NCBI GenBank assembly: GCA_026415655.1
Contig: JAOAGR010000002.1
Span: 5 to 64,004, forward strand
From: Candidatus Dojkabacteria bacterium
Lineage (GTDB): Bacteria > Patescibacteriota > Dojkabacteria > JAOAGR01
Reading direction: 5' to 3'
DNA length: 64,000 nucleotides
The translations under genes were made by a program, and so were the position numbers. The notes under the pieces were generated by a model. The model was not told the origin of the DNA, did not search any database, and saw only the letters and a program-made list of their open reading frames with translations. Below, piece after piece: positions 47,934 to 57,283 of this stretch. Position 1 is the stretch's first letter; every line of letters starts with the position of its first letter.

Positions 47934-49226
47934 TTATGGATGTAATCTGTTTATCATCCTTGGGAATGGAATTGTGGTTCTTACATGCTTGACGCCAGCA
48001 ATGTATTTTACAAGTCTTTCCAGTCCCAGTCCAAACCCACTATGTGGCACACTTCCATATCTTCTCAAGTCAAAATACCAATCAAATACTTTTGGATCTA
48101 ATCCATATTCTTTTATTCTTCTTTCTAGTAGATCCAAATCATGAATTCTTTGACTTCCACCAATTATCTCACCACAACCCTCTGGTGCTAAAAGATCATT
48201 GCAAAGTACTCTATTGTCTCCTTCCTCAAGGTCGGGTTGCATGTAGAATGCTTTGATCTCCGCAGGCATGTGATGCAATACTATAAATTCATCGTACATG
48301 TTTGTTAAGACAGCCTCCTCATCGGCGCCTATATCAGCTCGTTCATCTAGTGAATAACCGTGTTTATTTAACTCTTTTACTGCATCACGGTGATGCATCC
48401 ATATAAAAGGTTTTAGAGCATTCTCTAGCTTTTTAAGGTCTCTTTCTAGCATTTCAAGTTCGTAAGTACAGTTCTCTAAACAATATTTAACTACATATTT
48501 AATCATTCTTTCCTGTAGCGCGATATTATCTTTCCAGTCATAAAATGCAACCTCAGGTTCTAACATCCAAAATTCTGTAAGATGTCGTCGTGTTTTGGAT
48601 TTTTCTGCACGAAAGGTAGGACCAAATGTATATATTTTTCCAAATGCCATAGCGCCAGCTTCGCCGTGTAATTGGGCACTTTGAGTAAGATAAGCACTTC
48701 TGCCAAAATATTCAACTTCAAATAATGTAGAACCGCCTTCAACCTCATTTGCTGTAAACATTGGACCGTCAAACTTGACAAACCCCTCTTTGTGAAAAAA
48801 TTCATGTAAAGCCCAGATTATTTCTGACCTTATTCTCAATGTTGCAAACTGACTTTTGGACCTTAACCACAAATGCCTTCTATCAAGCAAAAATTTTACC
48901 CCATGTTTCTTTGGCGCTATTGGATAATTATGTGATTCGCTTATTACATTCAAATTACTTAAATTAAGTTCAACACCCATTGGAGAGCGTGCATCTTCTT
49001 TTACAATTCCCGTAACATCAGCAGATGTTTCTATACCAAGTCTATCTATTTCATCAAATTTATCCGTGCCAACTTTGTTTTTTTCTACAACCGCTTGGAC
49101 AAAGCCGGTACCATCTCTCAATATTAAAAATATTATTGATCCAGATGATCTTTTATTAGCTATCCAACCTTTTATTTTAACTTCTTGTCCTATTTGATTT
49201 TTTAATTTATTAATATTGGTTTCCAT
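47934..49226 (-). CDS. asnS: Asparaginyl-tRNA synthetase
   Basis: GW..N.R.SG...F..LRDGTG, RHLWLRS, YLTQS, FGPTFRAEKSKTRRHLTEFWM, GFGLGLER. Confidence 0.95.
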   Translation of the reverse strand: METNINKLKNQIGQEVKIKGWIANKRSSGSIIFLILRDGTGFVQAVVEKNKVGTDKFDEIDRLGIETSADVTGIVKEDARSPMGVELNLSNLNVISESHNYPIAPKKHGVKFLLDRRHLWLRSKSQFATLRIRSEIIWALHEFFHKEGFVKFDGPMFTANEVEGGSTLFEVEYFGRSAYLTQSAQLHGEAGAMAFGKIYTFGPTFRAEKSKTRRHLTEFWMLEPEVAFYDWKDNIALQERMIKYVVKYCLENCTYELEMLERDLKKLENALKPFIWMHHRDAVKELNKHGYSLDERADIGADEEAVLTNMYDEFIVLHHMPAEIKAFYMQPDLEEGDNRVLCNDLLAPEGCGEIIGGSQRIHDLDLLERRIKEYGLDPKVFDWYFDLRRYGSVPHSGFGLGLERLVKYIAGVKHVRTTIPFPRMINRLHP

Positions 49227-49241
49227 AGTTTTTATTTACTT

Positions 49242-49655
49242 TTAAAATGGCAAATCATCATCTTCTTCAATGTCATCGATGTTTGTTTCGTTTGAAGTTT
49301 CATTTGACTGTGAAGAAGATTCTTTTTTATCTAAAATAACTATGTTTTCAGCGCGAATTTTATACTTCGTTCTAGTCTTTCCAGTATCAGCGTCTGTCCA
49401 TGAATCTGTCCGTATGGTGCCTTCAACATATACTTTGGATCCTTTATTTAGATATTGGCCTACAATTTTGGCAAGACCACCCCATGCTTCCACATCAAGA
49501 TAAGTTACTATTTCTTGGGCAGTTCCATCTTGTTTTTTGTAGGATTCATTTATTGCTATAGAAAATCTTGCAACCTCTGTTGATGAATTGACAATTGTTA
49601 CCTCTGGATTTCTAACCAGATTTCCAATTAATATTACTTTATTTACACATCTCAT
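49242..49655 (-). CDS. ssb: Single-stranded DNA-binding protein
   Basis: VNKVILIGNL, KGSKVYVEG, acidic DDLPF tail. Confidence 0.97.
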   Translation of the reverse strand: MRCVNKVILIGNLVRNPEVTIVNSSTEVARFSIAINESYKKQDGTAQEIVTYLDVEAWGGLAKIVGQYLNKGSKVYVEGTIRTDSWTDADTGKTRTKYKIRAENIVILDKKESSSQSNETSNETNIDDIEEDDDLPF

Positions 49656-49700
49656 AAATTATTTAGATTCTAGCATGTTTGTGTTTTTAAAAACAAATTT

Positions 49701-50987
49701 TTATTTGATTTCATAAATTTGAGCGCCCAAAGATACTAATTTTTGTATTAAATCAGGATATCTACGATATAATGGGTCAATGTTTTCAATTATTGTATCT
49801 CCTTTCGCTGTAAGAGCCGATATTAAGATAGAATGTGCACATTGAATTATGTTTGGTGATTGCACCTTTGTTCCTTTTAATTTACTAGGTCCAAAAGTAA
49901 TTACCATATGTGGGTGAGCAAGTATAAGCGAGGCACCTAGCTTTTGTAACTCTTCAACAAAATACAATTGGCTTTCATACATATTTGAGTATATTTTTAT
50001 ACTTCCTTCTGCCTGTATCGCTAAAGCTATTGCTTGGGGGATTAGATCTACAGGAAATCCAGGCCATGGTTGATCTTGGATTTTATCAATATCACCACGT
50101 ATATTTTTTTTACAAATCAAATTTTGGTTTGATGAAATCAATACATCATCTCCATCTATCTGATAATTAAGATTTAATTTAGAGAAATAATTCAATATCT
50201 GTGTTAGATTCTGTGGTTTTGTATCCTTAATTCGTAATTGTCCTCTAGTTATTGCTGCAGCAACAATCCATCCTCCTACGTCAATATGATCAGGTTCTAT
50301 AGTCCATTCTCCGCCCTTCAAACTATTTACACCAGTAATTATTAGTCTATTTGTGCCAATACCCTCTATCTTAGCACCAATGCTATTTAAAAAACGACAT
50401 AGCTCTTGTGTGTGTGGTTCGCAGGCGGCGTTATATATAATTGTCGTTCCTTTTGCCTTAACGGCAGTCAAAATCAGATTTTCGGTACCTGTTACAGATG
50501 CCTCAAGAAGCCATATTGGCTCTAATAAGGGCTTTAGCTCATTTGTTTCTAATCGATAGTAATTTTCTTTAGAAACTGTTACGTTCATATTTTGTAGACC
50601 CTGGAATAATGTATCAAGAGGTCTATTTCCTAATTTGCATCCTCCTGGATTATTTATCTCAGCTTTACCAAATCTCGAAAGTAGAGGGCCTAAAAAAACA
50701 AACGTAGCTCTTTCTTTCTCTGCCAATTTGTCATCAATTTTATAATTGTTGACACTTGATGAATCAAATCTATAAGAATTATCTTTGATTTTTTCAACCT
50801 TGCCTCCGAGCTGTTTGAAAACATCAATAAATATATTTACTGATGATGTGTCAGGAACGTTGTGCAAAACTACAGGTTCATCAGCTAAAATAATGGCGGG
50901 TATTATTTTTATTACGGAATTTTTGTTTGGAACTGGTGTTACTGTACCATTTAGTGTACAGCCACCTTTTACTAATATTGTTTTCAT
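49701..50987 (-). CDS. murA: UDP-N-acetylglucosamine 1-carboxyvinyltransferase
   Basis: KNS, PGGCKLG.RP catalytic Cys, SVTGTEN, NAACEPH, PWPGFPVD. Confidence 0.95.
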   Translation of the reverse strand: MKTILVKGGCTLNGTVTPVPNKNSVIKIIPAIILADEPVVLHNVPDTSSVNIFIDVFKQLGGKVEKIKDNSYRFDSSSVNNYKIDDKLAEKERATFVFLGPLLSRFGKAEINNPGGCKLGNRPLDTLFQGLQNMNVTVSKENYYRLETNELKPLLEPIWLLEASVTGTENLILTAVKAKGTTIIYNAACEPHTQELCRFLNSIGAKIEGIGTNRLIITGVNSLKGGEWTIEPDHIDVGGWIVAAAITRGQLRIKDTKPQNLTQILNYFSKLNLNYQIDGDDVLISSNQNLICKKNIRGDIDKIQDQPWPGFPVDLIPQAIALAIQAEGSIKIYSNMYESQLYFVEELQKLGASLILAHPHMVITFGPSKLKGTKVQSPNIIQCAHSILISALTAKGDTIIENIDPLYRRYPDLIQKLVSLGAQIYEIK

Positions 50988-51592
50988 TATTTTTCAATAA
51001 AAGATAAAAATATGCGCATAGGTATAAGAATCAAAATTATTATTGCTAGAGTAAATGGTATAAATAACCAAGTTTCGTATACAAATGAAATTGTGCCTAC
51101 CATTAACATAACAATCCAAAATATATGGGCATTCTTCTGGAAAAATAAAAATAGAGAAACTGGTATATCTTGTTTATTATTTATTCTTCCTATACTTTCT
51201 GTCATAAATATAAAAAATAAGAACATTAGTACAAAGAAAACATAAAAATATAAATAATTGCCGTAGACAGTACCATTATAGTATAGACTTAATATTTTAC
51301 TAGTAATAAAAAATAAAATATAGCTGATAGTCAAAGATGTGGAAACCGCAATATGCGAATTTATAGAGATTTTTGGGGTTAATTTCCTTGTTACATTTGC
51401 GTAGAAGAAAACATTAATAATCACCAATAAAAGAATTGGGATGTACCAAGAATATTTGATTTCGTTTATTAAAAAAAAGTAGTTTGATTCAAAATACATT
51501 ACACTACCTATTAAAGAAATTAAAATAAACAAATAGGTAAAGAAAAATGATGTAGGTTTGTCTAATTTAATCTTTAAATTAATCTTTTTCAT
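50987..51592 (-). CDS. Multi-pass membrane protein, possible degenerate SecF
   Basis: About 6 hydrophobic segments; translationally coupled to the SecD-like gene. Confidence 0.45.
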   Translation of the reverse strand: MKKINLKIKLDKPTSFFFTYLFILISLIGSVMYFESNYFFLINEIKYSWYIPILLLVIINVFFYANVTRKLTPKISINSHIAVSTSLTISYILFFITSKILSLYYNGTVYGNYLYFYVFFVLMFLFFIFMTESIGRINNKQDIPVSLFLFFQKNAHIFWIVMLMVGTISFVYETWLFIPFTLAIIILILIPMRIFLSFIEK

Positions 51593-52818
51593 GATCGTAA
51601 AGAATAATTTTGTATTTGATTATATAAATTTATTGCTAAGTATATTAGATAACTGATTATTACATTGGTAATGCCCGATATAATGCCAGTTTGAGTATAT
51701 ACAATAACAAATATAGATGTAATCAATGCAATACCTGTATAAATAAGATGTCTCTTGTCTATTTCAAATAGGTGGGAGATTCCTAAAAACACAATAATAA
51801 TAGCATCCATAATAGTGATGGGTAAGACAAATAATTTTGCTATTGCTAGTGTTAATACCACAATGGCTATTGACTCTATTATCTTTATAAACGAATTATT
51901 TCTATCTCGAATTAATTTATAGATTATTGCAATCAGAAAGATAATAAAAAGTGAGGATATTTTTTTGATTATTTCTGTTTGTGTGGTTTGATCATAAATC
52001 TTTCCACTAATTCTTTTATATTCACTACTTAGACTTGGAGTATTAAACAATGTTTTTATGCTTTCAGCTTCTAATGGATTATTAGTAGTAGTAATAACCA
52101 ACCTTTCGGGGACAAAATCAACTGCAAATTGATTTGAACTGGTAATTCGAGCATTAGAATATCCACGTGTACCGTGTTTTACTGTTAAGGTCTGATATTG
52201 TTGATTTTTTAGTATTTCTAATTTTTCTTTACTTATAAAAAGTGAAGGTTCCAAATATATGATGTATCCTTGGGAATTTTGATCTAATGTAACTTTTGCA
52301 GGGCCAAAATCCGATCTAGATAAATTTAGTGATTTTTCAATTGTCGTTTCTTTTTGTGTTTCTGCGTTCCCACTTTCTTCGGTATTACTTTGAGTTATCT
52401 CTTTTACTAATACATCAAAGTTATCTGTATCTTTTGTTACAATAATATCTTGCTCAATAGCTATAGGAGATTTAATATGAATTTGAATTTTATTGTCTTT
52501 TGTCTTGACTATATTTAGAAAATAAAAGTTACCGAGCAATTCATACATTCGTTGTGAAATTATATTCATGTCATTTGATGCGGCTTCGTTCCATGTGGCA
52601 GGAGCATCAAAATTATTGACACTTTCAAATACATAGACATATTGTTTGCTAAATGTAAATTCATCATATGCAAAATTAAAAAAATTAAAATCTGATACGG
52701 AAGGTAGGCCTTTGTAAGAAATTATTTTATTGTCAAACCTGAAGCTAAACTGTGGTAATAAATATATAACAGATACAAAAGCCAATATTACTAAAAATGT
52801 CTTTAAAACATGTTTCAT
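51589..52818 (-). CDS. Degenerate SecD-like membrane protein
   Basis: TM1, then a large P1-like domain (NIISQRM..LG; LSRSDFGPAKVTLDQ; ITTTNNPLEAESIKTLFNTPSL), then C-terminal TMs. Confidence 0.6.
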   Translation of the reverse strand: MKHVLKTFLVILAFVSVIYLLPQFSFRFDNKIISYKGLPSVSDFNFFNFAYDEFTFSKQYVYVFESVNNFDAPATWNEAASNDMNIISQRMYELLGNFYFLNIVKTKDNKIQIHIKSPIAIEQDIIVTKDTDNFDVLVKEITQSNTEESGNAETQKETTIEKSLNLSRSDFGPAKVTLDQNSQGYIIYLEPSLFISKEKLEILKNQQYQTLTVKHGTRGYSNARITSSNQFAVDFVPERLVITTTNNPLEAESIKTLFNTPSLSSEYKRISGKIYDQTTQTEIIKKISSLFIIFLIAIIYKLIRDRNNSFIKIIESIAIVVLTLAIAKLFVLPITIMDAIIIVFLGISHLFEIDKRHLIYTGIALITSIFVIVYTQTGIISGITNVIISYLIYLAINLYNQIQNYSLRS

Positions 52819-52860
52819 CGCTTTTAGATTATACTAATGTTAACTATTTTAGCAAATAAA

Positions 52861-53505
52861 TCAAAATTTAAGACTTTCTTTAGATATTCCAATAACTTGA
52901 CAGAGTATATTTTTGTAGTAATTCTTGATGAATTCTTGATCGACTATTACTTTTTCAAATTCAGGGGAGATATGTTTACTGTCTTTTATAATAATATTTC
53001 TTTTTGAATTAAAGAAGATTGTCGAATTTTTTCTGATTTTCTCTCCAGATATATGGCATCTGATTGATCGATCTTCGTTCAATAGGTCTAGCAATTTACG
53101 TAAAAAGTTCGTATAAAGTCCAATAAGCTTATCTTCTTCCTGAGATTCCCGAAGTAATTTGTATATTAAATTAAATACATCTTTGTCTTTATATTGCTTA
53201 CTTAGCATATAAGTTATTTTAATTACATCAAAGACAAATAATAGATATTTTTCACTGTAAGTTTGTATAGTAAGGATGGATCTTATAATTTGTGTTTCCG
53301 TGATATAAGAGAAGTTTCTTCCTTCCCGATAGACGATTTCTAAGATGTTTCCTAATGCATAGAAATTCGAACTGTTTTTGTTCTTAACTAAAAATCTACG
53401 TAAAGATCCATCATCGCATAGTGCCTCTAAGATAGAAGTGTTATCGCTGTATTTAAATTTATTAAGTATTATTATTTTTGATTTTTTGTCTAGAATTTTA
53501 GTCAT
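52861..53505 (-). CDS. recO: DNA repair protein RecO (divergent)
   Basis: IIL....YSD...I...L...G OB-fold start, helical middle region, degenerate C..SG zinc region. Confidence 0.7.
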   Translation of the reverse strand: MTKILDKKSKIIILNKFKYSDNTSILEALCDDGSLRRFLVKNKNSSNFYALGNILEIVYREGRNFSYITETQIIRSILTIQTYSEKYLLFVFDVIKITYMLSKQYKDKDVFNLIYKLLRESQEEDKLIGLYTNFLRKLLDLLNEDRSIRCHISGEKIRKNSTIFFNSKRNIIIKDSKHISPEFEKVIVDQEFIKNYYKNILCQVIGISKESLKF

Positions 53506-53539
53506 TTTCTTTTAGATAGTATAATCGTAAGTATTACTT

Positions 53540-56365
53540 ATGAAAAATTTTATCTTGATTAAAAAACTTAAAAGTAATCTTGTTAATGCCGAAATATTTT
53601 TATATCAGCATGTAGCTACAGGGGCATATATACTTTGGCTAAAAAATGATGAGAAAGAATATTCTTTTCATATTGGATTTCATACTCCGCCGTATTCTAA
53701 TAATGGTGTTGCTCATGTCTTAGAACACATGGTACTCGCGGGTAGTAAAAAATATCCGGATGATAAGATATTTGAAAAAGTTTCAAACAAAACTTTAGCG
53801 ACATCGTTAAATGCTTATACATCTGCTAACCACACTGTCTATCACTTCGCCACTGCAAACAAAAAAGATTATGAAAATCTGTTGGACTTCTATTTATCCT
53901 CAGTTTTTGAACCTTTACTGACATATGAAGTTTTTTTACGCGAGGGAATTAATTTACATTCTTATAGAGATGGAGAAATAGGAGGCATTGTTTTTAATGA
54001 GATGAAAGGTGCATATCTGGATCCGGATACATATGTATATAATCATTGTAAAACCTTTTTGCTAGAAGGTACGCCTTTATGTTTTCATTCTGGTGGATAT
54101 CCATTAGATATTCTAGATCTTGATTATAACGAAGTCATTGATTTTTATAACAAATATTATCATCCGTCAAACTCTTTCACGGTAATTTGTGGTGATTTGG
54201 AAATTGGAAAAGTTTTGAAAGTACTAGATCAATGTTATAGTAGGTTTCAGTCGATCAAATATGATGATAATTTAGCTTTTGACAATAGTTCCATTCATCA
54301 CCATCCAAAAGATAAATATTTAACTTTTGAAATGCCTAGTCAATCAGAGGATGAGCACGCAACCTTAGTTTATAATTTTGTTGATTTTAACTTAAGTATA
54401 GAAGAAAAAACTTTACAAAGTGCACTTTTTAATTATTTGTTAAACTATACTGCAAGTCCCTTAGTCACACAGATTCTCGATACTCAACTGTCAGCTAATA
54501 TCAATTCAAGTTTTATTAATTATGGTAAAATAAGTACCTATTCTTGGATATTTAGTAAGGTAGAAGAGAGCACATTTTCAGCTTTAGAAAATAAGTTTTT
54601 TAATATCATTCGTGACATACAAAATCTGCAATATGATCAGGTTAGTCCGTTTTTAGAGAATCAAGAATTTCAGCTAAAAGTTCAAAGTAATGCTTCATCT
54701 TATGCAGATATTATTCTACGAAATTATTTTTTAAAAAATATTTCGCTAGAAGAATGTATTAATCTGGATTTGAATTTAACTCTTTTTGAAAAGACACGCA
54801 TTGCCATAAAGACAAATAATGAACTTTTCAAGTTATTAAAAGCAAAATTTTCAAATCTAAATAATTTTAATTCAAAATTACTTTACTTGCCAAATAAAAA
54901 TTTTGCACAAAAGGTAGATACTGAAATAAATCAGAAGTTAGTCAATTTATCCAAATCGAATACAGAACCTAAAGGAGCAGAACATAAATATTCTGATAAT
55001 GTAGATTATCCTTTAATCAAGCGAAAGTATTTAAGATCGAATATTCAAGACATTGTTGATCAAAGAGAATATATTGATGGTCGTAAGTATATAACTACAA
55101 ATTCTGCTTTTATTGATGTTATAGAGATAAGGATATTCTTTGATACTGAGGATTTCACAATAGATGAGTTAAGGGCATTATCATTTTTATACGGTACATT
55201 AGTAAAAAGCCCGACAAAGAAATATTCAGCAGAAGAAGTTAGTGCTCTTTTGTATCAATATTTTGGGTATTTTAATATATACGAAGTTCTTAATAATAAC
55301 CATAAAACGGGTCAGGAGATAATCGGTCAAGTACTATATTTTTCCTGTTTAGAAAGAAATCTAGATGAGGTCTTAGATATACTGACGGAAGTACTTTTAA
55401 ATAGCCAGTTGGATTTTGAGAAATTTAGTTCTGTAATTAACTCGAATCTAGACTATTTTGAACAGGATGTTGTTTATTCAGGTACTAGGTATATGATTTT
55501 AGAAACAACATCTTCTATATCCAGTGCTTTAAGTATTCGTAATGATTTGCAGGGGATACCGATGTTGGTTTTCTTGCGCAAAACATACAAATCCGAACAA
55601 AAACTAGAATTATTTTTTGAAACATTGAAATCGGCTTATAAAAAGCTTTTTGATAGAAATCGTATTAAATTAGTGGGAATTGGCGCAAAATCAGATTATG
55701 AAATTATAAGGAAAAAAATTGAACTTTTTATCTCAAATTTGAGAAATTCTAATAATTTTGATTCGATAGACAAACAAGATCATCAAATAGAGAATGTTGT
55801 TTATGCAACAAACACTTCTGTATCATATACAAGTGCTCTGTATGAAACAAAATCACAAAATAGAGGAGAGCTTTTTTTTATATCCAATTTTTTAAATACA
55901 GATTATGCGACACAAAAAATTAGATTAGAAAATAACGCGTATGGGGGATATTGTTATGTCACATTCTTTCCACCTGATAGAGTATATATAATATCTGCTA
56001 GTTATAGGGATCCTGATCCACGGAGGACACTTGATATATTCAACGATTTACCGGGTTACTTGAAGAATTTAAGGTTCAAACGAAAGACTATTAATGATTA
56101 TCTTTTAGTAGCCATTAATTACGTAGATCCATATATTAGCTTGCGTGACAGACCATATATAGGATTCATGAATGAACTAAAAGAGTTTGATTATAATGAT
56201 ATTAATAGAATAAAAAACGAAGTATTAGAAGCAACCCAGAGTTCGATAAATGAACAAATAGAAATATTATCTAATATTCAAATGTGTAAATTTAGCATTT
56301 TGACCAATAAATCTGTTGCTGATGTATTAAAGAATAGAAATAATACGAAATTAGTGAAAATATGA
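53540..56365 (+). CDS. Insulinase-family M16 (PreP/M16C-like) metallopeptidase
   Basis: GVAHVLEH inverted zinc motif, LNAYT, GIVFNEMKGA, YYHPSNS, IR..NAYGG, SYRDP. Confidence 0.9.
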   Translation: MKNFILIKKLKSNLVNAEIFLYQHVATGAYILWLKNDEKEYSFHIGFHTPPYSNNGVAHVLEHMVLAGSKKYPDDKIFEKVSNKTLATSLNAYTSANHTVYHFATANKKDYENLLDFYLSSVFEPLLTYEVFLREGINLHSYRDGEIGGIVFNEMKGAYLDPDTYVYNHCKTFLLEGTPLCFHSGGYPLDILDLDYNEVIDFYNKYYHPSNSFTVICGDLEIGKVLKVLDQCYSRFQSIKYDDNLAFDNSSIHHHPKDKYLTFEMPSQSEDEHATLVYNFVDFNLSIEEKTLQSALFNYLLNYTASPLVTQILDTQLSANINSSFINYGKISTYSWIFSKVEESTFSALENKFFNIIRDIQNLQYDQVSPFLENQEFQLKVQSNASSYADIILRNYFLKNISLEECINLDLNLTLFEKTRIAIKTNNELFKLLKAKFSNLNNFNSKLLYLPNKNFAQKVDTEINQKLVNLSKSNTEPKGAEHKYSDNVDYPLIKRKYLRSNIQDIVDQREYIDGRKYITTNSAFIDVIEIRIFFDTEDFTIDELRALSFLYGTLVKSPTKKYSAEEVSALLYQYFGYFNIYEVLNNNHKTGQEIIGQVLYFSCLERNLDEVLDILTEVLLNSQLDFEKFSSVINSNLDYFEQDVVYSGTRYMILETTSSISSALSIRNDLQGIPMLVFLRKTYKSEQKLELFFETLKSAYKKLFDRNRIKLVGIGAKSDYEIIRKKIELFISNLRNSNNFDSIDKQDHQIENVVYATNTSVSYTSALYETKSQNRGELFFISNFLNTDYATQKIRLENNAYGGYCYVTFFPPDRVYIISASYRDPDPRRTLDIFNDLPGYLKNLRFKRKTINDYLLVAINYVDPYISLRDRPYIGFMNELKEFDYNDINRIKNEVLEATQSSINEQIEILSNIQMCKFSILTNKSVADVLKNRNNTKLVKI

Positions 56366-56922
56366 ATCAGAATTTAAAATCTCCGGTTATCCTGGCTTTT
56401 GATTATGGTACCAAAAGGATTGGAGTAGCTGTTACAAGTGATGATGGTAAATATGTTAAACCATTAGATGTTATAAAAAATAATTTTGACATTATTGATG
56501 TTGAAATAGAAAATTTGAAAAAGAATTCTAGCGAGCCAAAAGATAAACAAATAAAATTATTAAAAAAACAAAAAGAAAAAAAATTACACATCTTTTTGAA
56601 TAAGGTGTTTGAGTTGGTAAGCAGGTATTATCCAGATGTTATATTAATTGGTATGCCTTCTACAGTTGATAAAGTATATAAGAAAAAGATCCTTAAGTTT
56701 GCTAATGAGATAAAAAAATTTTTGAATAAGAAAAAAGTTCTATTAGATATACAAATAATAAATGAGGATCTAACATCACATGATGGATTAAAAGAATTAA
56801 ATATGCTTGGATTTACAAAGAAAAATATAGATGATCTGATTGATAGTTATTCGGCAATGTATATAATCAAAACATATAACGATAAATATGCGTATGATAT
56901 TAGTAAAGAGACAGATAAATAA
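56362..56922 (+). CDS. ruvX: YqgF/RuvX-family RNase H-fold nuclease
   Basis: LAFDYGTKRIGVA, IGMP, NE.LTS, ID..SA; carries a basic insertion. Confidence 0.88.
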   Translation: MNQNLKSPVILAFDYGTKRIGVAVTSDDGKYVKPLDVIKNNFDIIDVEIENLKKNSSEPKDKQIKLLKKQKEKKLHIFLNKVFELVSRYYPDVILIGMPSTVDKVYKKKILKFANEIKKFLNKKKVLLDIQIINEDLTSHDGLKELNMLGFTKKNIDDLIDSYSAMYIIKTYNDKYAYDISKETDK

Positions 56923-57235
56923 ACCTATAGATAAAATTAAAGTTGATAAAATAATTGAAATTAAAGATTATGGCCTATATTATAGTCCTTCCAAAATAAG
57001 CTTTGTTATATTTAAATTTATACAATTAAATTTTGAACAATTTAAAAAAGATTTATTTGTAAACAGTGGAATGTCTTTACAAATCAAAATATCGTTAAAC
57101 TCAGTTACACCTAAAAAGACGGTTTTGGAAATAGAGCTAAATGCTAAAAATGCAATAGGTAAAATTTATCTACTTTTACTAAAGAGGTATTTTATAAAAA
57201 AGCTTAATTTGTTATCTGAAAGTATACTAACTTGA
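56888..57235 (+). CDS. Hypothetical protein
   Basis: 115 aa ORF in the operon; no confident motif. Confidence 0.5.
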   Translation: MRMILVKRQINKPIDKIKVDKIIEIKDYGLYYSPSKISFVIFKFIQLNFEQFKKDLFVNSGMSLQIKISLNSVTPKKTVLEIELNAKNAIGKIYLLLLKRYFIKKLNLLSESILT

Positions 57236-57283
57236 TATTAAATTTATTGATTTTATTAAAAATTTTTCATATCTTAGATTATC

